64,000 nucleotides of DNA, from positions 3,616,001 to 3,680,000 of the forward strand of contig CAXXJJ010000004.1 in NCBI GenBank assembly GCA_963667015.2, in the 5' to 3' direction. The first letter of the stretch is position 1, and each line of letters opens with the position of its first letter. Both the position numbers and the translations under genes were made by a program. Below the pieces are notes generated by a model. The model saw nothing but the letters and a program-made list of their open reading frames with translations, did not search any database and was not told where the DNA came from. The DNA is from Desulfatiglandales bacterium. GTDB taxonomy: Bacteria > Desulfobacterota > DSM-4660 > Desulfatiglandales > HGW-15. Shown one piece after another: positions 1 to 9,654 of this stretch.

Positions 1-574
1 TAAGCGTCTACGAACATCGGTAAAAACAGGGGTGGATTATCACCCCTATCTCCCCAGGGACGACGGACGTCTGCCCATGTCCGATTTCGGCGCAGAGCAC
101 CGGTATAACGTGACCGGCCTGTATCACGACATGTGGGGATTCCCCTCCAATAACCCGGGCGTGGTACACAACCTGATTCATCACCTTGTAGACAAGATAA
201 CAAACAACGTGAACCAGCTTACCCGGTACAAGGAGTATTATCTTGAAGATGCCCGGACAATCCTCATATCCTACGGCGGTTCCGCCCGGTCAGCTCTCCA
301 TATAGTTGAAAACCGCAGGGCAAGGGGTGAGCGAATGGGCCTTCTGGAGCTCCAGACACTCTGGCCTTTTCCATATGGACTGGTGGAGGAGAAATGTAAA
401 CATGCCCGCAATATCGTAGTTGTTGAGATGAATATGGGCCAGATTGTCCGGGCGGTGAAGCAGGCGGTCAAAAACCCGGCGCGGGTAATGCTTGCCAATC
501 GTATTGATGGTGTGTTTATTACGCCGACCGATATCAAGAGCACCATACGCCTGATTCAGGGAAAGGGGGTGTAA
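1..574 (+). CDS. korA: 2-oxoacid:ferredoxin oxidoreductase alpha subunit (C-terminal part; begins before the window)
   Basis: Frame open from window start; TGLYHD, SYGGSARSA, LWPFP and VVEMNMGQ motifs; followed by beta and gamma subunits. Confidence 0.9.
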   Translation, partial: KRLRTSVKTGVDYHPYLPRDDGRLPMSDFGAEHRYNVTGLYHDMWGFPSNNPGVVHNLIHHLVDKITNNVNQLTRYKEYYLEDARTILISYGGSARSALHIVENRRARGERMGLLELQTLWPFPYGLVEEKCKHARNIVVVEMNMGQIVRAVKQAVKNPARVMLANRIDGVFITPTDIKSTIRLIQGKGV

Positions 575-576
575 GA

Positions 577-1386
577 ATGCCTGTCAAAGATTATCTTCGT
601 CAGAGATTTTTCCCCCATATATGGTGTGCAGGCTGCGGTCACGGGATTGTCCTCAACTGTCTGCTCCGGGCAGTTGAAGGCCTTGGAATCAGTAAAAACG
701 AAATTACCATGGTGTCGGGCATCGGCTGTTCTTCCCGAATTTCAGGCTATGTGGATTTCCATACCCTCCACACTCTGCATGGAAGGGCACTTGCCTTTGC
801 AACAGGCATTAAACTCAGCAAGCCAAAATTAAATGTGATTGTTCCCATGGGAGACGGTGACGCGCTTGCCATAGGCGGCAACCATTTCATTCACGCGGCC
901 CGGCGGAACATAGCCATGACAGCGATTGTCATGAACAACCGGATCTACGGCATGACCGGCGGCCAGTTCTCACCCCTGTCCGGTTATGGAACGGTTTCAA
1001 CCACCGCACCTTTTGGAAATATAGATCATGATTTTGATGTGGTGGAACTGGCAAAGGCTGCAGGCGCTACCTTTGTGGCCCGAACTACCACCTACCATGC
1101 CCATGAAATGATTGAAATCCTGAAAAAGGCCATCATCCATAAAGGATTTTCAGTTGTGGAAATTCTCTCCCAGTGCCCCACCTATTTCGGCAGAAAAAAC
1201 CGGCTGGGAGATGCCCCCGATATGATGGAGCTGATGAAGGAAAATACCACGCCCATAGGCTCAAAGGCAAAAGCGGAAAATCCCGACCTGATTGAGCGGG
1301 GAATCTTTGTTCAGACAGAGAAACCGGAATATTGCAGTGAATACGAGCAGGTGATTGAAAAAGCAATTAGAGAAGGAGTTGCCTGA
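577..1386 (+). CDS. korB: 2-oxoacid:ferredoxin oxidoreductase beta (TPP-binding) subunit
   Basis: WCAGCG, SGIGCSSR, GDGD, NNRIYGMTGGQFSP motifs. Confidence 0.92.
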   Translation: MPVKDYLRQRFFPHIWCAGCGHGIVLNCLLRAVEGLGISKNEITMVSGIGCSSRISGYVDFHTLHTLHGRALAFATGIKLSKPKLNVIVPMGDGDALAIGGNHFIHAARRNIAMTAIVMNNRIYGMTGGQFSPLSGYGTVSTTAPFGNIDHDFDVVELAKAAGATFVARTTTYHAHEMIEILKKAIIHKGFSVVEILSQCPTYFGRKNRLGDAPDMMELMKENTTPIGSKAKAENPDLIERGIFVQTEKPEYCSEYEQVIEKAIREGVA

Positions 1387-1931
1387 TGAAAAAATGCAGA
1401 CTGATATTTTCAGGTTCGGGCGGACAGGGTGTAATCACCGCGTCCATCATTCTGGCTGAGGCAGCTGTGCTTTACGAAAACCTGAACGCCACCCAGGCCC
1501 AGGTCTACGGCCCTGAAGCCAGGGGCGGTGCGACCCGTGCCGATGTGATCATTGCTGACACCGAAATCCGTTTTCCCAAGGTGACCCAGCCCAATATCCT
1601 GGTCTGTCTGACACAGGAGGCATATGACAAATTTTTCGCTATCATCCGCCCAGGCGGCCTGTTGATCACCGATTCCCGGTTTGTTAAAACCCAGGCCAAG
1701 GTGGATGCCCGGTCAATATCCCTTCCGATGTACTCCACCATTATTGAAAAGATAGGCAAGACAATTGTGTATAACATCTGCATGCTGGGCGCAGTCATCG
1801 GCCTTACCAATCTTGTAAAACCTGAATCGGTTATGAAATCGCTGGAAACCCGTATACCCTCAGGTTTTCTTGATATAAACCGTCAGGCTTTGCATCTGGG
1901 CATGGAACTGGGAGCTGTTGGAAAAACATGA
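1386..1931 (+). CDS. korC: 2-oxoacid:ferredoxin oxidoreductase gamma subunit
   Basis: GSGGQG and YGPEARGG motifs; start overlaps the korB stop. Confidence 0.9.
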   Translation: MKKCRLIFSGSGGQGVITASIILAEAAVLYENLNATQAQVYGPEARGGATRADVIIADTEIRFPKVTQPNILVCLTQEAYDKFFAIIRPGGLLITDSRFVKTQAKVDARSISLPMYSTIIEKIGKTIVYNICMLGAVIGLTNLVKPESVMKSLETRIPSGFLDINRQALHLGMELGAVGKT

Positions 1932-1950
1932 AAAAGATATAGGGCCCGAT

Positions 1951-2338
1951 AAGCCATACTTAGCTGCGTAAACGGATCAATGATATTTAAAAAATCTTTT
2001 CAGAGGTAAAACTCCCTCACGGTGTTCTTAATTTTGTCCCTCTGACTATCTTCACGGAGGTTCAGAGCCAGAATCGAATAGCGCAGGAAGAAATCTTTGG
2101 GCCTGTCATGGCTGTCATAAAGGTTTCGGACTTTGACGAAGCGCTCGAAACCGCAAACAATACCGACTACGCATTGACCGGCGCGCTGGTGGAAAGGCAC
2201 CCCTTTGGAGGATTCAGGCTGTCAGACCTGGGTTCAAAGGCAGGAGGTCCGGACTATCTGCCCCACTTCATGGTACCCAGGAATGTCTCGGAAAACACCC
2301 TTCGACGAGGCTTTGCTCCTGGAGAGGATTCGAACTGA
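1951..2338 (+). pseudogene. putA: PutA / P5C dehydrogenase remnant with internal deletions
   Basis: One frame reads LPHGVLNFVP-LTIF..IAQEEIFGPV..YALTG-ALVERHPFGG..KAGGPDYL..ENTLRRGFAP, joining non-adjacent PutA segments; upstream stop and frameshift. Confidence 0.8.
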
Positions 2339-2498
2339 TTTTTTTATGTGTTAATTTCATATCGCCTCCCATATCTTACATAATTTAAGAGTCATCTATT
2401 TTGTATTCTCTCCGCTGAAAAATGAGTTAGTGTCTGACTCAATTACTGGGTTTTTAAATAATATTGAGTTAGAAACAGTTAACTGAAAGGAGATTGAT

Positions 2499-3032
2499 AT
2501 GATAAAAAAGTCTATTATTTTGATTACACTGATTTTGGTTTTCGGTTTTCAGGGATGTGCAACAACAAAAAATCCGGAAGCAGGTGCAGTAGCAAACAAG
2601 GAGAGCAAGAGGGAAAGTGTAGAGGAGTTACTTAACCTGGTAGATGCAAAATCTGTGATAAACACTGTTTATTCCCAGATGGACCAGGTCTTTAAGGGTA
2701 TGGGGCAGCAGCTTGGGGTAAAGCCTTCGGAGCAGGAAGTATTTGATAAATTTATGTCAAAGGTGGCCTCAATGATGAAGGAGGAGATGAACTGGGATAA
2801 AATGAAAGACCAGATGATAAATATCTATCTCAAGCATTACTCTGAAAAGGAAATACAGGACCAGATTGCCTTTTATAAAAGTGATTCCGGGCAGTCCATG
2901 ATAAAAAAACAGCCTGCAGTATTAAAAGATACAATGATGTTTTCTCAGAATCTTGTAAAAAATTTCATTCCTAAATTACAGAAAATTTCACAGGAGCTGG
3001 AGGCAGAGTTAAAGGCCTCAAGAAATAATTAA
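2499..3032 (+). CDS. DUF2059-like lipoprotein
   Basis: Lipobox FQGC; YxKHYSEKEIxxxIAFYKSxxGQ motif. Confidence 0.75.
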   Translation: MIKKSIILITLILVFGFQGCATTKNPEAGAVANKESKRESVEELLNLVDAKSVINTVYSQMDQVFKGMGQQLGVKPSEQEVFDKFMSKVASMMKEEMNWDKMKDQMINIYLKHYSEKEIQDQIAFYKSDSGQSMIKKQPAVLKDTMMFSQNLVKNFIPKLQKISQELEAELKASRNN

Positions 3033-3472
3033 TATCAATTCACAGCACTTTACCGGGACGGGCCTGCTGCACCATGGTATGCGGCAGGCTGCCCGGTTAA
3101 AGCTAAAAACTTTCAACCGCCTTGATATACTTTAGCTGTTAATATAATCTACCACTTTTCCCAAATTTTTTTTTAAAAATCTTCTTTGATTAGGAGACTA
3201 TGCATATCAGATAATATTATTTTTTGATTGTCAAACAAACCATACACTCCATACCGATATGACTGAGAAGGGATTTTATGAAATACAGAGCCCCAATTAT
3301 TAAGACCAATTTCTCTTATTTTATCACCACTGTCATCAACCCTGAAATCATTCGTTAAGTCAATGCAAATATAGTAGTTTTTACTGGATTAATCATCTTC
3401 AAATGGTCTATCATACCTTATAACACGATATTTTCCTTACTGAGATAATCCAAAATGGATATGAAAGATAGG

Positions 3473-3568
3473 ATGAACTACCCTGCCGCAAGCAACGGGG
3501 TATCAAATAGGAAATAAACCTGTTTAATCGCCGCAAGCGACGAGGTATCAGACCTTGCGCTTCGCAAT
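3473..3568 (+). repeat. Palindromic REP/IS200-IS605-end-like repeat, two-unit form
   Basis: ATGAACTACCCTGCCGCAAGCAACGGGGTATC...GCCGCAAGCGACGAGGTATCAGACCTTGCGCTTCGCAAT; one-unit copy on the opposite strand at 36049-36099. Confidence 0.7.
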
Positions 3569-3581
3569 AGAGGGGGATACG

Positions 3582-3806
3582 ATGTCTCAGACCGAAAACA
3601 TTAATACAAAAGATTTAGCAAATATGCTGGAACCCATGATCAGGCGGGTTGTCAGGGAAGAACTGTTAAATATACTAAAAAAGAATCCGGAGATTTTTCA
3701 GCTTACACCGGATATGCCTCTTTATGAGGATATGGAAGATATAAGCCAGCGCAAAGCTCAGGATAATATCAAACTGCATTCTCATGAAGAGGTCTGGGGT
3801 GACTGA
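3582..3806 (+). CDS. Putative type II antitoxin
   Basis: Small acidic protein ending HSHEEVWGD; AGGGGG RBS; 3' end overlaps the toxin GTG. Confidence 0.65.
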   Translation: MSQTENINTKDLANMLEPMIRRVVREELLNILKKNPEIFQLTPDMPLYEDMEDISQRKAQDNIKLHSHEEVWGD

Positions 3807-4128
3807 TTATAACGCTGTTTATGAAGATAATTTTGTCAGTAATTTACGCCGGTACAGTTCAATAAGAAAAAATATAAAACGCCGTGTTGAAAGAGTTTTA
3901 TCCGATCCATACCAGAGCACCGAATCCCTTACAGACGCCAGCGGAAAGCTTAACCTGAGAGGTGTACGAAGCGCACGGGTTGACAGAAACTTCCGGATTA
4001 TTTTTGTGATCTGCGAAGAATGCAGGAACATACCGGAATGTGAGTATTGCTTTTGTGAGGGCCTGGACAGTAAGACAGTGGTCTTTTTGACTGTCGGACC
4101 TCATGACAAGGCTTATGCAATAAAATAG
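3799..4128 (+). CDS. RelE/ParE-superfamily toxin with Cys-rich insertion
   Basis: DPY..L..LRGVRSARV..FRIIF..VVFLTVGPHDKAY; insert CEEC..CEYCFC. Confidence 0.7.
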   Translation: MTDYNAVYEDNFVSNLRRYSSIRKNIKRRVERVLSDPYQSTESLTDASGKLNLRGVRSARVDRNFRIIFVICEECRNIPECEYCFCEGLDSKTVVFLTVGPHDKAYAIK

Positions 4129-4346
4129 GAGGCAGATTGTCTGCATCCTCAGGTTACAGCCCTTCGGGCTTCCACAACCTGCGGGAGCAGCCATGACTTA
4201 TCTTGTACGCTCCTTTCAGTCGCTTTATACCCACCACCGAAATACAAAAGGCGATTAAAGATAAAAACCTTCAACCGCCTTGATATTATTATAGGATTGC
4301 CCCTCTTTACACGTTTGAGTTAGAATTTTGGACACCGTTGTTTTTT

Positions 4347-4985
4347 TCAGCGGGGTGGTTCATACATTAATTTCTCATCCCAAGCAGGATAAAGCCCATC
4401 ATATTCCTCTAAAGGTTCATATTCCAAACCGCTAACATTATTTGCCTTAAAATTTTCCATAAGGTCTTCAGAAACTAGGACGATTTCTGAAAGAGGATTT
4501 AATTTCAAAATGTCCAGAGATATTTCTAAAGCACCTTTTAAATGGATATTTTTAATATCCAAGATATTACCATAATCCATATTTTTTCTTGATTTTTCAG
4601 TGCAAAAAAGAATGTTTGTTTTTTTAAGATCGATTATTTTACTGATATTGATGTCTTTGTAAAAAATCAATAAGTAACAATCTGTAACCAAATTACTTTC
4701 TTTCCTTAATTCAATATTTATTCTTTTAAAATATATACCATCATTTTCCACCTTACTTAGGATATTGAATACCTTGCCTGATATAATCCAACAACCATAT
4801 CCCCATACATGAAGAAAATCCGGCCTCTTTTTCTTAGTTTTTATAATACCTGTTAATTTTAATTTATCTATATCAGATGGTAGCATACCACTATATGCGG
4901 CATCTAAGAGCTCGCTATCTCCTCTCCAGTCATCAATTTTAGCAAATTCATTCCCAGAATTAACATGAATAATATAATATCCCAT
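4347..4985 (-). CDS. Imm11/DUF1629-like polymorphic-toxin immunity protein
   Basis: YYII N-terminus, PDFL..WIISxK, IDLKKT, VSEDL..F..NVSGLEY pattern; AT-rich; lies behind a toxin-tail remnant. Confidence 0.6.
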   Translation of the reverse strand: MGYYIIHVNSGNEFAKIDDWRGDSELLDAAYSGMLPSDIDKLKLTGIIKTKKKRPDFLHVWGYGCWIISGKVFNILSKVENDGIYFKRINIELRKESNLVTDCYLLIFYKDINISKIIDLKKTNILFCTEKSRKNMDYGNILDIKNIHLKGALEISLDILKLNPLSEIVLVSEDLMENFKANNVSGLEYEPLEEYDGLYPAWDEKLMYEPPR

Positions 4986-5070
4986 TATTTACCTTATACT
5001 ATAATAGTTGTTTCTTTAATAATTCCATATCACTAAAATTACTTACAAATGCTTTCACAAAACATAGGAA

Positions 5071-5229
5071 TTACCCATTAGGTATAGGTGGCAGTTTCTC
5101 TTTTTGAAGTTTTTCTATGCCTTCCTTTAGATCTTTTCGAATCTTTTTAACTTGATTTCTTAATATTTTTCCAGCTTCATCTTCAGTTAATTTTTTAGCA
5201 TCAACTCTTTTCGCCAAACTTAGGATTAT
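5071..5229 (-). pseudogene. C-terminal tail of a probable AHH (HNH/EndoVII) nuclease toxin
   Basis: Reads ..LAKRVDAKKLTEDEAGKILRNQVKKIRKDLKEGIEKL..PNG*; no start codon; directly upstream of the Imm11-like gene. Confidence 0.45.
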
Positions 5230-5245
5230 ATTGAAGCGAAAGCGG

Positions 5246-5843
5246 TCAGACCTTCATTATTGACAATTTATTTTCAATTTTTTTCAGCGTTCTTTCCAGA
5301 GCTTTATCTTTCTTAAGCTGTGCGGCAATCCGCCTGCTTGCCTGACATACTCCGGAACTTCCTATCTCAAAATGCGTACCAATATCGTCCAGTCTTTTTC
5401 CAGTAAGTCTTCTACATAGATATATCTTTATGTTCCTTGAAAGTTTTTTATCTTCTTTGACAGCCTTATCTACTTCTTCAGAGATATTATCTATAGATAT
5501 TTCTCTCTTTAAGGTTTTTAATGCCGGCAGATCTTTATCATCCTTTTGACCTGACAGATATTTATCTTTTATAAAGTTAATAAATTCCTGTGTGCCCAAT
5601 AATGTTGAGCTTACAACATCTTTCAGTGGGCTCTCATATTGTTTATCAATCATTTCACCTACAAATTTCTTATAGATCTTTTGTGCTTCAGAAAGTTTTT
5701 TGCCGAAATACCCAAGAATAAAATCGATCCTAAGCCATTCAGGATATTTTTTATTTCCAATGTAATATGAATAACTTGACCACTCATATTCTTCCGGAAA
5801 CTCAACTATTTTTGCTCTTACAGGATTCAAATGTATATATCTC
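5246..5843 (-). mobile_element. 3' half of a RAYT (REP-associated tyrosine transposase) gene with DnaA-C-like HTH tail
   Basis: RYIHLNPVRA..PEEYEWSSY..PEWL, LGTQEFI, IYLCRRLTGKRLDDIG..F; the N-terminal HUH half is absent. Confidence 0.8.
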
Positions 5844-6590
5844 GGCGGGGTTTCGAAACTTTTATCTTGTACTGTACCAGTATAAAATCCAGGTGCAGCT
5901 AAAGGATATGCACCTGTATAACGTGCATGTTCAAGTGTCACACCTGTTACCATATTTCCAGTTATTGTGCTATACGCAATAAATGTACCACGTGTAGTTC
6001 TATCGGTTGACATACCTCGAGTGATATTAATTACAACTATATGCCCACTTGGATCTGTATAAAATAGAGGATTATTAAAACAATAAGCATACCGGTTAAG
6101 TTTCTGAGGATCATGAACTGCGGACCTTTCTGTATCAATAAAATCTGGGACCTCACTATCCGCACTAATAAACCTCCCGATTACAGGATCATAGAGCCGA
6201 GCGTCGTAATTGTAGAGGTTAGATGACTTATCGAGTTCCTGGTCCGTAAACTTATAATCCGAAACCTCAGTCCCTGTATGTTCCCTCATCCCGCCAAAGG
6301 GCATATACTCACTTGTCTCAATTTCCCCTGCTGTACTATTAGTCATGGCAGTGGAACTGCCGAGATGATCCTTGTGGAAAATAGTGGCTGTTGACCCTTC
6401 TATTTCAGCAACCCTCAGGTTTCCGGCAAATATGAATTTTATATGAGTGCCATTCTTTATCTCATAGTCACTGGAAATATAATATGTTGTTGTTCCTCCC
6501 GCAACCTTTTTAACCCTGACACCATCGCCGTCATAGGTTAAAGTTGTTGTAGTGCCACCACGTGTTACCGTACACGGCATATTGTCCGTA
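5844..6590 (-). pseudogene. Rhs core fragment plus start of a toxin C-terminal domain, fused in frame to the RAYT fragment
   Basis: YDGDG, HKDHLGS, YMPFG, FTDQELD..LYNYDARLYDPVIGRFISAD, NRYAYCFNNPLFYTDPSG; 5' truncated. Confidence 0.85.
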
Positions 6591-6803
6591 TTCGGCAACA
6601 CCGGCAGGATTTTTCAGAGCATTCCTGCTATGGAAGAAACTGCTGAACAATCCATATTGATATAGGAATTCTAACAAGAATAATGAAGACCGGCTGGAGG
6701 ATAAAAGAAAGTAAAATAATCTGCCTGTAAAAACTTCTCCCCTCCTGGCCGGAGGGGACAGGTTATCTGGAGAACCAGATAAAGTCTCCAAAATAAACTT
6801 ATC

Positions 6804-7589
6804 TTATGGATGCGGTGCGCTATTTAATATCTCAATCATTTCACCATGGATACCGGGAGTGGATGCCAGGATGGTTTTTACATAGGGATTGTAAGGGTTT
6901 CCATTAAAGTCGCTGATTAATCCTCCAGCCTCCTGGACAATAAGGCTTGCGGCGGCTGTGTCCCATGGTTTTAAACCCTGCTCCCAGAATCCGTCCAGCC
7001 TGCCTGCTGCGACATAACAGAGATCAACAGCCGCAGCCCCTGCCCTTCTTATACCCTGAGCCTCGACTATAACTTTTTTCAAATAGTTCAAAACAGGTTC
7101 CGGATCTTCATACACATCATAGGGAAATCCTGTCCCGATAAGAGAATCCTTCATGCTTACTTTATCCGATACCCTGAATTCATTTTTATTAAGAAAAGCA
7201 CCTTTACCCTTTTCGGCCTCAAAAAATTCATCCAGCACAGGGTTAAATACAACGCCGGCCACTGTTTCATTTTTTAACTGAAGGGCAATAGATACCCCGA
7301 AAAATGGAAAGGAATGGGCAAAGTTTGTGGTTCCGTCAAGAGGATCAACTATCCACAGACGATCTGTCCCTTCACCCTGCTCTCCCGACTCTTCAGCAAG
7401 AATCATATCTTCTGGAAAGTCATGGGAGATCACATCGATTACAGCCTTTTCCGATGCCAGATCTGCCTCGGTCACAAGATCAATTTTACCTTTTTTATTT
7501 ATGCTGCGGATATTGCCGTAGAGCTCTTTTAAAATTCTGCCCGCTTCTGTTGCCGCACGCCGGGCTGTTTTCATCTCTTTTTTCCACAT
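6804..7589 (-). CDS. suhB: Inositol monophosphatase family protein
   Basis: DLVTEAD, WIVDPLDGTTNF, WDTAAA motifs. Confidence 0.92.
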   Translation of the reverse strand: MWKKEMKTARRAATEAGRILKELYGNIRSINKKGKIDLVTEADLASEKAVIDVISHDFPEDMILAEESGEQGEGTDRLWIVDPLDGTTNFAHSFPFFGVSIALQLKNETVAGVVFNPVLDEFFEAEKGKGAFLNKNEFRVSDKVSMKDSLIGTGFPYDVYEDPEPVLNYLKKVIVEAQGIRRAGAAAVDLCYVAAGRLDGFWEQGLKPWDTAAASLIVQEAGGLISDFNGNPYNPYVKTILASTPGIHGEMIEILNSAPHP

Positions 7590-7795
7590 GGCTTAAAAAC
7601 TCCTCTTAATATGTATCCCTTAGGGACATCCCATAAAATGCCACAGGTTTCAATACCTAATTGCCGCGGTTAACACAATGCTCATCCATTCTTAAATACT
7701 AATCACCCTATCCTGATTTTATCCGGTTTGATAAGTTACTGACAATTTGCTACATTTTACAGTCTTTATTAATCCTACACAGGAAGGTTATCTGA

Positions 7796-9283
7796 ATGAA
7801 GAACAATATAAACCGGGAAAAATCGAATAAAATAGCTAAAAGAATTTCGCTGTTTTGTATTTTCGCTAACCTGCCCCTTATACTGTTTACAATGTTCGGC
7901 CCAAAGGAAGGAATGGAGGAACTGGCCATTATTGTCCCATGGCTTCTCACTGTAGCAGTCAATCTACTTCTTGTTATTCCGGCCCTGGCTTTTACTTTTT
8001 CTTCACGCAGGCATATGGCTAATATATGGATATATGCATATTTTGCCCTGTTCTTTGGATTCCATACTATTTTTTTTATTCATGAAAGCCACCTGGACAC
8101 ACGCCTGCACCAGAAATATATTAAAATTATGGATTCTGACCAGGCAGAATTTCATAAACTCCTATCGGAACTTAGATATGTTCCGAACGAGAATAAAGCG
8201 GCCCGGGTTGAAGAACTGATCCTCAAGGGGGTTGATGTAAATTCCATGTTCCCGGGAGACAGTCAGTCCGCTTTACAGAAGGCAGGATACGGAGGAAATC
8301 CCCGACTAGTCCGACTAATTCTTGAAAAAGGTGCACTGGTTGATGGTCCGCCTGCCGTGTCCACGACAGCCCTGGGCTGGGCAATTCAGCAAAATCATAC
8401 GGAAGCCGCCCGGCTGCTGCTTGAAAATGGTGCAGATCCCAACAGGGGTGTCTCAGGATATACCTTTATTGTTAAGGCTGTCCAGAATCATAACTACGAT
8501 ATTGTTGAGGCTCTGTTAAAAGCCGGTGCTGATTCCAACCTTAGGATATATGGACCGGAAAAACCGCTGATAACCGCAGTTTTAAATAGGGATAAAGATA
8601 TTCTGGAACTGCTCCTTAGGAATGGGGCTGATCCGGAATATAAAATGCCTACCAGCGGTACAGCCCTAGCCATTGCAGTCAGCAAAGGATATCCTGAGTG
8701 CGTTCGCCTGCTGTTAAATGCAGGAGCAAAATTATCAGGTACCGGTCCCGGAGGCAAAGGAATACTGTCACTGGCAGCTATATGCGGAAATTCCGAAACC
8801 GTTTCTCTCATTCAGAAAGCAGCTCAATCTGTAAATATGTCAAATGATAATGAAGATCAATCCTTTCGCAATCGGTACCGTGACCTGCGCAAGACCCTGG
8901 AGGAAAATCGATTTGAGGATTTCAAAAAAATGATCTGGATTGGAATATCACCCGATTCAGCTGACGACTATAACCACACTTTGCTTCAATTATTCTGCAT
9001 GAATAATCTGAGAAGGGTCATAAGGATGGATGTGCTGCCTGTGGTACAGTTTTTGATTGAAAATGGTGCTGATATAAACAGGCAAACTGCCGATGGAAGC
9101 ACACCTCTTATACTTGCAGTACGTCACGCACAGGCTGACCTTGTGAAACTTATGATCCAGAAAGGCGCAGATATAAATGCGATCAATAACAGCGGACATA
9201 ATGCACTATACTATGCCAAGGCAGGTAAGGAACAAACCATTATGGATATTCTGATCTCGTCAGGCATGGAACAGAAAAAATAA
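7796..9283 (+). CDS. Membrane-anchored ankyrin-repeat protein
   Basis: About three N-terminal hydrophobic helices, then repeated LLxxGADxN / TPL/TAL units. Confidence 0.85.
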   Translation: MKNNINREKSNKIAKRISLFCIFANLPLILFTMFGPKEGMEELAIIVPWLLTVAVNLLLVIPALAFTFSSRRHMANIWIYAYFALFFGFHTIFFIHESHLDTRLHQKYIKIMDSDQAEFHKLLSELRYVPNENKAARVEELILKGVDVNSMFPGDSQSALQKAGYGGNPRLVRLILEKGALVDGPPAVSTTALGWAIQQNHTEAARLLLENGADPNRGVSGYTFIVKAVQNHNYDIVEALLKAGADSNLRIYGPEKPLITAVLNRDKDILELLLRNGADPEYKMPTSGTALAIAVSKGYPECVRLLLNAGAKLSGTGPGGKGILSLAAICGNSETVSLIQKAAQSVNMSNDNEDQSFRNRYRDLRKTLEENRFEDFKKMIWIGISPDSADDYNHTLLQLFCMNNLRRVIRMDVLPVVQFLIENGADINRQTADGSTPLILAVRHAQADLVKLMIQKGADINAINNSGHNALYYAKAGKEQTIMDILISSGMEQKK

Positions 9284-9313
9284 AAACCTCCCATATAAAG
9301 ATATAGGAGGTTT
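9283..9313 (+). terminator. Hairpin after the ankyrin gene
   Basis: AAACCTCC(C)ATAT..ATATAGGAGGTTT. Confidence 0.5.
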
Positions 9314-9654
9314 CCGGGAGCACTGCGGAAGAATTCATCTTTAATAATAAACCATGCTGACCTTTTTGCTGAGAAGGCAAGAATGAAAACCCGTCTCAAA
9401 CAGAGACAATGAAATATTGATTCGGTTCATGCAGTCCACACTAAATATCACACCATAACCATCGAGATAAAATCCCCTTGCGGTTGAGGCTGTCGAAAAA
9501 GTTTTATAAATATTTATTAAAAAATCCTTCCAAAATCACTAACTATCAATAAACAGGAGTTTTTCAATCACTTCTATGAGATGTACAGGTGACCGGGTGC
9601 CCTCTTTTTCATTATTCTCACGAATATTATCCCGATACATGCTGGATACAATCT

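Noticed and set aside
3130..3470. AT-rich broken minus-strand frame, possibly another immunity remnant
   Set aside because: Interrupted by stops and has no recognisable motif; cannot be assigned.
6531..6791. 86-aa ORF as the missing Rhs 5' part
   Set aside because: Different frame with no YD repeats; it runs through the hairpin after suhB.
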